In this document: positions 9,956 through 18,338 of the stretch, piece after piece
How positions within the stretch are numbered: the first letter of the stretch is position 1
How the letters are laid out: each line of letters opens with the position of its first letter
NCBI GenBank assembly: GCA_024234975.1
Contig: JACKNH010000015.1
Coordinates: 20,733 to 84,732 of the forward strand
Direction: 5' to 3'
DNA length: 64,000 bases
Source: Gammaproteobacteria bacterium
GTDB taxonomy: Bacteria > Pseudomonadota > Gammaproteobacteria > Ga0077536
The notes under the pieces: generated by a model
What the model saw: only the letters and a program-made list of their open reading frames with translations
Told to the model about the DNA's origin: nothing
Database searches by the model: none
Position numbers and translations under genes: made by a program

Positions 9956-11631
9956 TGACCAGGATGGGCCGCGGACTGCTGGCATATACCGTGCTGGGCC
10001 TGGCGGTTTCAAACGTGTTGGCGCAGGTGACGCCACCACCGACCGTGGATCCCGGCGCGTTGCAGCGTCAGCGTATCGATGAGTCTGTATTGCAGCAGCA
10101 ACGGGAGCGGCTGGAGGCCCCACAGAATCCGGACGTGTTGAGGACGGATGATCTCACGCCCGGCGCCGCGGCAATCACTGACGAAGGGCCACGGTTCACG
10201 TTGGCGCAGATTCTGTTCAGCCCCTCGGACATCCTGCCGGCAGCTGCACTGGCAACCCTCGCCGCGGAATACACCGGTCACGAGATCTCCTTTGGCGATG
10301 TCGAACGGTTGCTGGCGCGCATCAATACGATGTATGTAGAGCAACGCGTGCTGACAGCGCGGGCAATGGTCGAACCGCAGGACATATCCGACGGCATTCT
10401 GGACGTGCGCCTGGTCGAAGGCCGGGTAGGGCAGGTCAGTGTGGCGGGCAACGCCACCACGCGTGAGGGATACATCACGCGCCGGATCCAGGTCGACAGT
10501 GGCGCGCTGGTGGATCTGCGATCACTGGAACGGTCGCTGAAACGGTTCAATCGCGGCAATGACATCCAGCTGTCGGCCGAGCTCAAGGCCGGCAGCGCGT
10601 TCGCCACCACCGATGTGATTCTCAACGCGACCGAGCCGGCGGGTTTCGAGTTCCGCACCATGGTCGACAACTACGGCAGCCGCAGCACCGGCATCTGGCG
10701 CGCCGGCGTGTTCTTCACCAATCGCAGTCTCACCGGCGTGCGCGACAAACTCGACCTGACCACCATCCAGGCCGGTGGCCAGCAGAGTTATTCGGTGAGT
10801 TATGACCGTCCCATCAATCGCAGCGGCGGCCGGGTTCAGATCGCATATTTTGATGACCACACGGACGTCGAACACGGTCCGCTGGCGTCGCTGGACTTGT
10901 CCGGCAAATCCAATGCGGTGACTGGATCGCTGCGACAACCACTGTTGACCGATGGCGGCGTACAACTCGATGGCATCCTCAGCGGCAAATGGCGCAAAGC
11001 GGAAACGACCAGCGCCGATGTGCTGCTGCAGGAAGTGACCAGCTACGACGTCGGCCTTGGCGTCGAAGCCTGGCGCGTTTACGCCCGCGGCTACTGGTCA
11101 GCCTCATACACCTACAGTCTTGGCCGCGCGCGGATCGACGACAGCAAGGTCTATCACGTTGGCCGCGGCATGTTGCTCGGCAATGTCGCGCTCGCCGACC
11201 ACTGGGCACTGCAGGGCAGGATCAATTTTCAGCATTCGCCGGACAACGTACTCATCGCCAGCGAGCAGATGTTGATCGGCAGCCAGAGCAGCGTGCGAGG
11301 ATATTCCGTCGGCACCTATGCCGGCGACGATGGCCATTCCGGTACGATTGAAGTCATCCATCAATTGCCGGTGGTGAGCAACGTGTGGGGCAGCAATGCT
11401 TTGGCGGCCAATTATTCGCTCTTCCTGGATCACGGCAAGGTCAAACCGTTCGTGCCGCCGAATTCAACGCTGGATATCGATCAGAAACTCACCAGTACCG
11501 GCATCGCACTGGAAGCCGTGCTTGGGCGGCGCCTGGCGGTACGTGGCGTGCTCGCCTACGGGTTCAACGATACGCCGGAGGAGAAGGGCGGCGTATTCGG
11601 TGGTCTGCAGATCGTGGCGACGTTGTTCTGA
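9946..11631 (+). CDS. ShlB/FhaC/HecB-family TpsB outer-membrane transporter (hemolysin secretion/activation protein)
   Basis: Signal peptide MTRMGRGLLAYTVLGLAVSNVLAQ. POTRA-type region FTLAQILFSPSDILPAAALATLAAEYTGHEISFGDVERLLARINTMYVEQRVLTARAMVEPQDISDGILDVRLVEGRVGQVSVAGN. The beta-barrel ends in GGLQIVATLF (terminal Phe). The start is ambiguous (ATG 9922, 9946, 9952 or 9955). ATG 9946 has GAGGAAG 9 nt upstream and overlaps the tpsA stop (TGA 9953-9955). Confidence 0.9.
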   Translation: MPMMTRMGRGLLAYTVLGLAVSNVLAQVTPPPTVDPGALQRQRIDESVLQQQRERLEAPQNPDVLRTDDLTPGAAAITDEGPRFTLAQILFSPSDILPAAALATLAAEYTGHEISFGDVERLLARINTMYVEQRVLTARAMVEPQDISDGILDVRLVEGRVGQVSVAGNATTREGYITRRIQVDSGALVDLRSLERSLKRFNRGNDIQLSAELKAGSAFATTDVILNATEPAGFEFRTMVDNYGSRSTGIWRAGVFFTNRSLTGVRDKLDLTTIQAGGQQSYSVSYDRPINRSGGRVQIAYFDDHTDVEHGPLASLDLSGKSNAVTGSLRQPLLTDGGVQLDGILSGKWRKAETTSADVLLQEVTSYDVGLGVEAWRVYARGYWSASYTYSLGRARIDDSKVYHVGRGMLLGNVALADHWALQGRINFQHSPDNVLIASEQMLIGSQSSVRGYSVGTYAGDDGHSGTIEVIHQLPVVSNVWGSNALAANYSLFLDHGKVKPFVPPNSTLDIDQKLTSTGIALEAVLGRRLAVRGVLAYGFNDTPEEKGGVFGGLQIVATLF

Positions 11632-11683
11632 TTCGAAGAGCAGATTCGCGTCGTGGATAAGTCCGCGGTGGGTCGTTGGCAAC

Positions 11684-11781
11684 GTGATCTGTCTGGTCAG
11701 GACTCGCCATGAATACATCCATGTAGGCTCGGGCTCGGCTTCCTGGATGTATTCATGGCGAGTCCTGACCAGACAGATCAC
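11684..11781. repeat. 98-bp perfect palindrome (38-bp arms, 22-nt loop) between convergent genes; possible bidirectional terminator or MITE-like remnant
   Basis: The left arm 11684-11721 (GTGATCTGTCTGGTCAGGACTCGCCATGAATACATCCA) is the exact reverse complement of the right arm 11744-11781. The loop is TGTAGGCTCGGGCTCGGCTTCC. It lies between the tpsB stop (11631) and the PQQ dehydrogenase stop (11919). Confidence 0.9.
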
Positions 11782-11918
11782 ATCGCCAACTTCAGCTCAT
11801 CGCACGTAGCTGTTGGCCGCACGCTAATTGTTCGCTGCGTTTTGAAGCGCGATAGTGGGAAATCCCGATTCGAACGGAACGGACGACGGCATGTCCAGCC
11901 GCCGTCCGCATTAAGCTG

Positions 11919-14009
11919 CTACTTGAACAACATCTCCACCACGTAGTGGCTGACGTCACGAACCTGGTTGGCACTGAGTATTCCGCCGAATGGCGGCATG
12001 GCCTTCTGACCATTGCGAATCACATTCGCCACCGCATCGGCATCGGTGACCTTGTTCAGCGGCGCACCGCCACCATGCGCGCCTTTGCCATCGGCGCCAT
12101 GGCAGGCGACGCAGGTCTGGTTGTACACATCGTGGCCGTTGTTCAGGTCGACTTCTCCGGTCGCTTCGGTCGCTACCGCGGTGGTGCCAATCTTCGGCTC
12201 GCTATCACGCGGTTGCGCCTGATCCAGCGTGCCATCGAGCGCAAACAACCAGACGCTGTCGCCATGCGGGGAGCTGACCAGTGAATTCCCCGCGGACAAG
12301 GCGACGATATATTGTTTGCCCTTGTATTCGAACGGCGTCACCGTCGCGTTCATGCCGGCGCCGGTCTGGAATTCCCAGAGTTGCCGGCCGGTATCGGAAT
12401 CCAACGCGGTCAGCCGGCCGTCGCTGCGGCCGGTGAAGACCAGGTCTCCGGCCGTGGCGACCGCGCCGCTGTAGCACTGGTCCGGCCAGCGGTAACGCCA
12501 GACCGCTTTATTGGTGGTGACGTCCATCGCCGCTATGACACCCGAGCGTGGTGCTGGCGTGAAACCCACCGGGCCACCCATGTAGCGTTCGCCGGGCGCC
12601 GGCGGCGTGGCGTCCGCAATGGTGCTTTTGAAATCGCCGATGACTTCCGAGGCACAGACGAACATGTAATGGCGTTGCGGATCGTAAGCGCTGGGCGGCC
12701 AGTTTGCGCCGCCAAACAGACTGGGACTGGTGATGACGCCTTTGTCTTCACCGAAGAATGGCGTGAAGATGCGGCCGCTGTTGATGAGCTCGTAGCCTTC
12801 CGGCGGAATATCGATCTGCTGTGACATGAACGCGTCACCGACCGGGTGCGGCTGGGTGGCGGCAGTCTTCTGTCGCGGTTCCTGCGGCACGACGCGTTCT
12901 TCAATGCCGACCAGTGGTTTGCCGGTGACCCGATCGAGAATGTAGATCCATCCCGTCTTGCTCGCTTCGGCGATGCCTTTGCGCATCACGCCGTTGATCG
13001 GCACATCGAACAGGATGACCGGATTGGTGGAATCGTAGTCCCAGATGTCGTGATGCACCTGCTGGTAGTGCCAGCGGTATTTGCCGGTCTTGATGTCCAG
13101 CGCGACCATTGAATCGGTATAAAGGTTGTCGCCTTCACGTACCGCGCCGTTGAAATCGGGCGATGGATTGCCGGTGGAGAAATAGATCAGGCCGAGTTCC
13201 GGATCCACTGCCGGTGTCTGCCAGACCGAGCCACCGCCGAACTTCCACAATTCGTTATCCGCCGGCCAGGTATCGTGGCCGGGTTCACCGGGGCCGGGAA
13301 TTGTGTAGAAGGTCCAGATCAGTTTGCCGGTTTTGGCGTTGTACGCTTTGACGCGCCCGCGGATGCCGAACTCCGCACCGGCGAAACCGGTGATGAGCAT
13401 GCCGTCGTAATACAGCGGTGCGCTGGTGATGCTGTAACCGTTGGCCGGGTCTTCGGCCAGGATCGACCAGATACGCTTGCCTGTGCGCTGGTCCAGTGCT
13501 TCGAGCTTGCCGTCCACCCGGCCGAGATACACGCGGCCATCACCGATCGCCACGCCGCGATTGACCCAGCCACAGCACAGCGTGGGGATCTCGTCGGGCA
13601 GGTTGGCGTTGTAGGTCCAGAGGATTTCACCACTGTCGACACTGATGGCAAACACATCGTCGGCGCCGGTGGTGACGTAGATGACGCCGTCGTAAACGAT
13701 GGGTTGGGCTTCACCCGAATACTTCGGTTGCAGACCGGACCCGTTGAGATGGGTACGCCACACACCCTTGAGCTGCGACACGTTGTCGCGATTGATCTGT
13801 TTGAGTGGTGAATAGCGCTGGTTGTAAAGCGTGCCGCCGTTGGTGACCCAGTTACCGACAGGCGGTGTCAGCAGGTCTTTGGTAGTGAATGCCGGCGCGC
13901 GACTGATGGTGGACTGCTGGGCGACCGCACTCAAGCCGGTGAACAGCAGCCCGGCAGACAGGACTGCCGATAGCCAAAAGCGCGGGTTTCCCCCTGTACG
14001 AATCTGCAT
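11919..14009 (-). CDS. PQQ-dependent quinohemoprotein alcohol dehydrogenase (type II, C-terminal cytochrome c domain)
   Basis: ATG at 14009 is preceded by GAGGGA 8 nt upstream. Signal peptide MQIRTGGNPRFWLSAVLSAGLLFTGLSAVAQQ. Vicinal cysteines LCCGWVNRG, a hallmark of PQQ alcohol/methanol dehydrogenases. Propeller W-motif repeats. C-terminal heme c site CVACHGADGKG. The upstream 63 codons of the track ORF lack an RBS or signal logic. Confidence 0.9.
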   Translation of the reverse strand: MQIRTGGNPRFWLSAVLSAGLLFTGLSAVAQQSTISRAPAFTTKDLLTPPVGNWVTNGGTLYNQRYSPLKQINRDNVSQLKGVWRTHLNGSGLQPKYSGEAQPIVYDGVIYVTTGADDVFAISVDSGEILWTYNANLPDEIPTLCCGWVNRGVAIGDGRVYLGRVDGKLEALDQRTGKRIWSILAEDPANGYSITSAPLYYDGMLITGFAGAEFGIRGRVKAYNAKTGKLIWTFYTIPGPGEPGHDTWPADNELWKFGGGSVWQTPAVDPELGLIYFSTGNPSPDFNGAVREGDNLYTDSMVALDIKTGKYRWHYQQVHHDIWDYDSTNPVILFDVPINGVMRKGIAEASKTGWIYILDRVTGKPLVGIEERVVPQEPRQKTAATQPHPVGDAFMSQQIDIPPEGYELINSGRIFTPFFGEDKGVITSPSLFGGANWPPSAYDPQRHYMFVCASEVIGDFKSTIADATPPAPGERYMGGPVGFTPAPRSGVIAAMDVTTNKAVWRYRWPDQCYSGAVATAGDLVFTGRSDGRLTALDSDTGRQLWEFQTGAGMNATVTPFEYKGKQYIVALSAGNSLVSSPHGDSVWLFALDGTLDQAQPRDSEPKIGTTAVATEATGEVDLNNGHDVYNQTCVACHGADGKGAHGGGAPLNKVTDADAVANVIRNGQKAMPPFGGILSANQVRDVSHYVVEMLFK

Positions 14010-14304
14010 GCGTGATATCCCTCGATACCGGTCGTTGAAGTGTTGGATTGCCGACATCCGGATGTTGCGCTCCAAGGATGTCTGGCGGGTGCAAAGCCGA
14101 GGTGCATTTGTGACATTAACCCCCAAGGGATGCAACCCGTTATGAGTGAATGGCGGCTGCGCGGCGCGTCGCCTGCGAAACAGGATGTTGCGACGCAATA
14201 GACGCTATGGGCGTCTCCTGCGATTTGCCATCGCGCCGGGGCGGGGACGCCGGAATGCACTATACTCGCGGCCCGTCATCCATCGGTTCCTGACAAAGCC
14301 ACGC

Positions 14305-14763
14305 ATGAGTCAGCGCGAGTTCTACGTTCCCCCAGTCGACCCATCCGCGATCACGCCACCGGACAAGCGCATCTTCGCCGCGATGGGTGAAGCCAATATT
14401 TTCGCCATGCTTGAGGCGTTCTATCGGGAACTCGCGAACGGCCCGGCCGAGCTGCGCGCGTTGTTCCCTGAGGACATGGTGACGGCGTCACAGCGGTCCG
14501 CGGCATTTTTCGTCGGCCTGCTGGGCGGTCCGCCGCTCTACCATCAGCGCTACGGCAACCCGATGATGCGTGCACGCCACATGCCGTTCGCAATCACGCC
14601 TGAACTGCGTGACGAATGGCTCAAGTGTTTCGACCGCGTGCTTGAACATGCGCCGCAGCGCTATGCATTTCCCGCCGAGTATCTGCCGGGGTTTCGCCAG
14701 TTTCTGCAGGGGTTTGCCGGCTGGATGGTCAATACGAAATCGCCGGCCGGCGCCGATAGCTGA
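14305..14763 (+). CDS. Group II truncated hemoglobin (YjbI-like globin)
   Basis: From ATG 14305: MSQREFYVPP...FYRELANGPAELRALFPEDMVTASQRSAAFFVGLLGGPPLYHQRYGNPMMRARHMPFAITPELRDEWLKCF. This matches the YjbI-type pattern (GGPPLY...HP-MLRARH-PF-IT). The track ORF start at 14146 overlaps the divergent dehydrogenase leader. Confidence 0.75.
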   Translation: MSQREFYVPPVDPSAITPPDKRIFAAMGEANIFAMLEAFYRELANGPAELRALFPEDMVTASQRSAAFFVGLLGGPPLYHQRYGNPMMRARHMPFAITPELRDEWLKCFDRVLEHAPQRYAFPAEYLPGFRQFLQGFAGWMVNTKSPAGADS

Positions 14764-14815
14764 ATGCAGGCACGCTCAACTCCAGGTGACCCATGCGTAT
14801 AATGCCGGCCACGCG

Positions 14816-15394
14816 ATGAAACGTTTTTTCAGACGCCTGCTGCCCGCCCCGGACAAGATTCTGCGCTTGCGCTTCGTGCGTGCGATGGGGCCGGTACTCA
14901 ATCATCCCCGCTTGTGGACGGTGAGCCGCCGCGGCATTGCATTGGGTGTCGCCATCGGCGTGTTCTTCGGCTTGCTGATTCCACTTGCGCAGATGCCACT
15001 GACCGCGGCGGTGGCCGTGGCCATGCGCGCGAACGTGCCTGCGGCGATCACCAGCACACTGGTGACCAACCCTGTGACCTTCGGGCCGTTGTATTACGCG
15101 GCCTACCATATCGGCCACGCGGTGGTGGGTGACGAACCTGCTGAACGCCCCGTGACCACGCAGAGCATGGAGTTGCCGGAGACGGAATCCACCTCCTGGG
15201 TGAAATTCTGGTGGCAGCGTGTCACGGCGCTGGGTAAGCCGCTGCTGGTCGGGTTGCTGATCCTGGCGACGGTAATGGGGCTCGCCAGTTACGGTTTGAT
15301 CAATCTGATCTGGCAACTCAGCACCTGGGCCGCTTATCGTCGGCGCCGCAGATTGCGCGCCATGGCCCGGCGCGCGCATGGCACGCAACCCTGA
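14816..15394 (+). CDS. DUF2062 domain-containing membrane protein
   Basis: From ATG 14816: MKRFFRRLLPAPDKILRLRFVRAMGPVLNHPRLWTVSRRGIALGVAIGVFFGLLIPLAQMPLTAAVAVAMRANVPAAITSTLVTNPVTFGPLYYAAYHIG, the characteristic DUF2062 N-terminal pattern. Confidence 0.7.
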   Translation: MKRFFRRLLPAPDKILRLRFVRAMGPVLNHPRLWTVSRRGIALGVAIGVFFGLLIPLAQMPLTAAVAVAMRANVPAAITSTLVTNPVTFGPLYYAAYHIGHAVVGDEPAERPVTTQSMELPETESTSWVKFWWQRVTALGKPLLVGLLILATVMGLASYGLINLIWQLSTWAAYRRRRRLRAMARRAHGTQP

Positions 15395-15420
15395 CCCATC
15401 CAATCAATGTGGCTACGACA

Positions 15421-15499
15421 TTTGGGGTCAGTGTAAAAACCCCGCGTGAGCTCGCGAGGGGTTGTTTACCCGAAGAGAGTTTTTACTCTGACCCTGAAT
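15421..15499. repeat. Hairpin repeat element, copy 1 (conserved 16-bp terminal inverted repeats, variable centre)
   Basis: TTTGGGGTCAGTGTAAAAAC-[36 nt]-GAGTTTTTACTCTGACCCTGAAT. The termini GGGTCAGTGTAAAAAC and GTTTTTACTCTGACCC are inverted repeats (15/16). The centre contains a GC hairpin followed by TTGTTT, which is terminator-like for the upstream gene. Both ends are near-identical to the element at 17651-17730. Confidence 0.85.
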
Positions 15500-15660
15500 G
15501 GCTGCATGGTACGCTCCATTGAATCGCATCCGGTTTGTCAATAAACGTTACACGCCCATTTCTCCTCGTTTGCTAACCATTTGATTCGGTTGGCGACGCA
15601 ATCGCTGGCACGGGCGTTGCTGCTGATCCCGGGCATCATGGTCAACGGGAGGTGGCCGTC

Positions 15661-17655
15661 ATGCGCAGGTTGCCGTTCGTCTGCTCGATCGCAGTCGCTG
15701 TCGCTGTTCAAGCGGTGCCGCTGTCCGCAACAGTCGTCACCAACAGTCTCAATTTCGCCACCGTCGGCCAGAATCTCTGGGGGCCTGGCACCGCCTTCAT
15801 CATCGATGAGTCCGTGACCCTGCCACCGCCGGCTGGCGTCAGCGCACATATCGCCCCGGGTACCTACAGCGGCCTGGCGGATTTCGTCACCGACTTTCTT
15901 GATATCGATCTCGGCGCGAGGATCGCGCCCAGTGCGGACATCAGCGCATCACTTCGAGCGAGCCTGTACGTGAACTCCGGCTCGCTGGATCTGAACTACC
16001 CGATGCAGGCGTCGCTGAACGTCGCCAACGAGGCGCGGATGGGGCAGGCCTTCACCGTCTCACTGACGCCACCGTCCCTGCTGGCGGCCTCGCTGTCCTC
16101 CATCAACAGCAGTGCGCTGGTGGCCAGTGGAGGTGGTGGCTATGCGCTGCCGGGCTTGAGCCAGTTCATGCTGTCGCAGAATGTGCTGCAACCACGGGCA
16201 GGGTTCAGCACGCAATTCCCGTTTGCCGAAGCGCGGGTGGACCTTTCGTTGTCCGCGACCGGACAGATTGCATCTGAAATCTGCTTCATCGTCGATTGCA
16301 TTGCCGGGCCGACCGTGGATCTGGGCCGGGTCGATTTCAATCAGCAGCTGTTCGAACTCAATACCTTGACGGGTTTGAAAGTCCTCGACGAACCGGTGGT
16401 CTCGTTTGACCAGACCATCGATGTTGTACAGGGGATTCAAATCGGCTTCCACTCGCCAACGATCACCCTGGATGGCACGTTGCGTGCCGATGGCACTTTG
16501 CGCGACAGCGGTTCCAGCAACTTTCTCGACGTTGCCTTCAATGTGAACCAGCTGATACCCATCGTCGGGCAGCTTCTGCAAAGCAATATCGGGCCTATCG
16601 GCTACAACCTGCTCTCGGTGTCGCCTGCGTTGTCATTCACATTGCGGCAGGCCATTGAGTTTGATCCGCGGCTGATGGTGGCGCTGCAATTCGATGCACC
16701 GGTGCGTGACCAGCGTGATGGCCGCTTCAAGAATCTCGTCATCTTCGAGTACGGTGAGTCGGTCGACCTGCTGCCGACATTGGGCGGTGGCATATTTTCC
16801 GGCGGTGACCTGCGGGTCAAGCCTACGTTCTTTCTCGACAACTCGCTGCATAACGTCACCAGCCTGGTGTTGGACGGATCGCTGAGTGTCGATGCCTTGG
16901 CGCTGATGGTCGGCCCGACGCTCGGACCATTGTTCCAGTCCGGCGCGCTGCCGTTATTCGATCTGCCATTGCTGGACCTGGTCAACGATTCCTGGCTGCT
17001 GGACATTCCGCCGATCACCGCCGGTGAACTCGCGATCCCGCGCACCGGCATATTGCAGGAAGCGCTCTATACACAACCGTTCATCGCCAACGCGGTACCG
17101 GGCGCGGCAACCAATTCATTGGGGCATGCGTTGTATCGCTTGGAAACCGGCGGTGGTCTGGTCAGCACCGCCTACGGCGAAATCGTGCAACAGGGCAGCA
17201 ATCCGTTGAGTTGTTTTGGTATCGGATTGGATTTTGTACCGCCGGACTGCCAGACATTTTTCATTGCCGACGATGATGTCTGGATCTTTGGCGATGGCGT
17301 CGATGCGGAAGATGAACTGCTCGGCCGGCTGTTCTGTATCGTGTGCAACGATCTTTCCAACCTGTTTCTGCCGGACAGCCCCGGGGTGACTGACGATGTG
17401 TCCGGTGATCGGTTGTTGTTGTCTGATCTGAGCAGTTTCGCGGTGCCGGTCGATGCCGCGCAGTTGCTCGACCCGGCCAGCGATCTTTACTCACCGACAC
17501 TGGCCGAATCGCAATTCCATACATCGCTGATTGCCACCGCACCCAGGGTCGTACCTCGCACCGTCCCCGAACCCGGCGTACTGCCGCTATTGGCAATCGC
17601 CGCCATGATCGGCTGGCGTTCCACCAGGGCAGGCCAACGCAACTGCAATATTTAG
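15661..17655 (+). CDS. Secreted hypothetical protein with C-terminal PEP-CTERM sorting signal
   Basis: ATG 15661 has GGGAGG 8 nt upstream (the track uses GTG 15652). Signal peptide MRRLPFVCSIAVAVAVQAVPLSA. The C-terminus VPEPGVLPLLAIAAMIGWRSTRAGQR has the PEP motif, a TM helix and a basic tail. I recognise no other domain. Confidence 0.8.
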   Translation: MRRLPFVCSIAVAVAVQAVPLSATVVTNSLNFATVGQNLWGPGTAFIIDESVTLPPPAGVSAHIAPGTYSGLADFVTDFLDIDLGARIAPSADISASLRASLYVNSGSLDLNYPMQASLNVANEARMGQAFTVSLTPPSLLAASLSSINSSALVASGGGGYALPGLSQFMLSQNVLQPRAGFSTQFPFAEARVDLSLSATGQIASEICFIVDCIAGPTVDLGRVDFNQQLFELNTLTGLKVLDEPVVSFDQTIDVVQGIQIGFHSPTITLDGTLRADGTLRDSGSSNFLDVAFNVNQLIPIVGQLLQSNIGPIGYNLLSVSPALSFTLRQAIEFDPRLMVALQFDAPVRDQRDGRFKNLVIFEYGESVDLLPTLGGGIFSGGDLRVKPTFFLDNSLHNVTSLVLDGSLSVDALALMVGPTLGPLFQSGALPLFDLPLLDLVNDSWLLDIPPITAGELAIPRTGILQEALYTQPFIANAVPGAATNSLGHALYRLETGGGLVSTAYGEIVQQGSNPLSCFGIGLDFVPPDCQTFFIADDDVWIFGDGVDAEDELLGRLFCIVCNDLSNLFLPDSPGVTDDVSGDRLLLSDLSSFAVPVDAAQLLDPASDLYSPTLAESQFHTSLIATAPRVVPRTVPEPGVLPLLAIAAMIGWRSTRAGQRNCNI

Positions 17656-17730
17656 GGTCAGTGTAAAAACTCGCTACAAGTCGCCAATCCATCGCAATCT
17701 TTCCGGGGAGTTTCTACACTGACCCTGAAT
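17651..17730. repeat. Hairpin repeat element, copy 2
   Basis: TTTAGGGTCAGTGTAAAAAC-[37 nt]-GAGTTTCTACACTGACCCTGAAT. The left 20 nt are 19/20 identical and the right 23 nt 21/23 identical to copy 1. The centre is unrelated. The stop codon (TAG 17653-17655) of the PEP-CTERM gene lies inside the element. Confidence 0.85.
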
Positions 17731-17760
17731 ATCGAGGGCTGTCAGGAGAGGCGGTGGGTT

Positions 17761-18270
17761 GTGGAACTAAGAGCCATCCAGGGTGACATCGTCAAGCTGG
17801 AAGTTGACGCGATTGTCAACGCAGCGAACTCTTCGTTACTCGGCGGAGGCGGGGTGGATGGCGCTATCCATCGTGCGGCAGGGCCTGAATTGTTGGCGGA
17901 ATGCCGTACGCTGGGGGGGTGTCCCACAGGGCAGGCGCGGCTGACGCAAGGCTATCGTCTGCCGAGCAGGTTCGTGATTCATACGGTGGGTCCGGTCTGG
18001 CATGGCGGCAAGGATGGAGAACCGGACGCGTTGGCGGCGTGTTACGTCAACAGCCTGCGACTGGCCAATGAGCACCAATGCCAATCGATTGCATTCCCCT
18101 GTATCAGTACGGGTGTATACGGTTATCCATTGGCGCCTGCGGCGGCGATTGCCGTGGAACAAACCCGGCGCCATTGTGCAGCCAATGCATTGCCCGCGCG
18201 CGTAGTTTTCTGCTGCTTTTCCGCAGCAGACCTCAAGGTGTATCAGACGTTGCTTGAAGCTCCGGAGTGA
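17761..18270 (+). CDS. ymdB: Macro-domain protein, O-acetyl-ADP-ribose deacetylase
   Basis: GTG start with GGAGAGG upstream. [40 protein letters not shown]...[10 protein letters not shown]...[14 protein letters not shown] matches the macro-domain signature. Confidence 0.9.
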   Translation: MELRAIQGDIVKLEVDAIVNAANSSLLGGGGVDGAIHRAAGPELLAECRTLGGCPTGQARLTQGYRLPSRFVIHTVGPVWHGGKDGEPDALAACYVNSLRLANEHQCQSIAFPCISTGVYGYPLAPAAAIAVEQTRRHCAANALPARVVFCCFSAADLKVYQTLLEAPE

Positions 18271-18338
18271 GGCGCTGATATCGCTGATCGGCGATGTATA
18301 AACGGACGGCCATCCCTGGCCGCAGAAAGTAATTTCGA

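Noticed and set aside
15421-17730. Integron gene cassette with attC sites flanking the PEP-CTERM gene.
   Set aside because: The element ends do not fit the attC R''/R' core consensus (RYYYAAC / GTTRRRY). The AAC/GTT bases sit at the inner rather than outer end of a 16-bp stem. No intI integrase or attI is nearby. A 2-kb cassette with its own long 5' leader is atypical.
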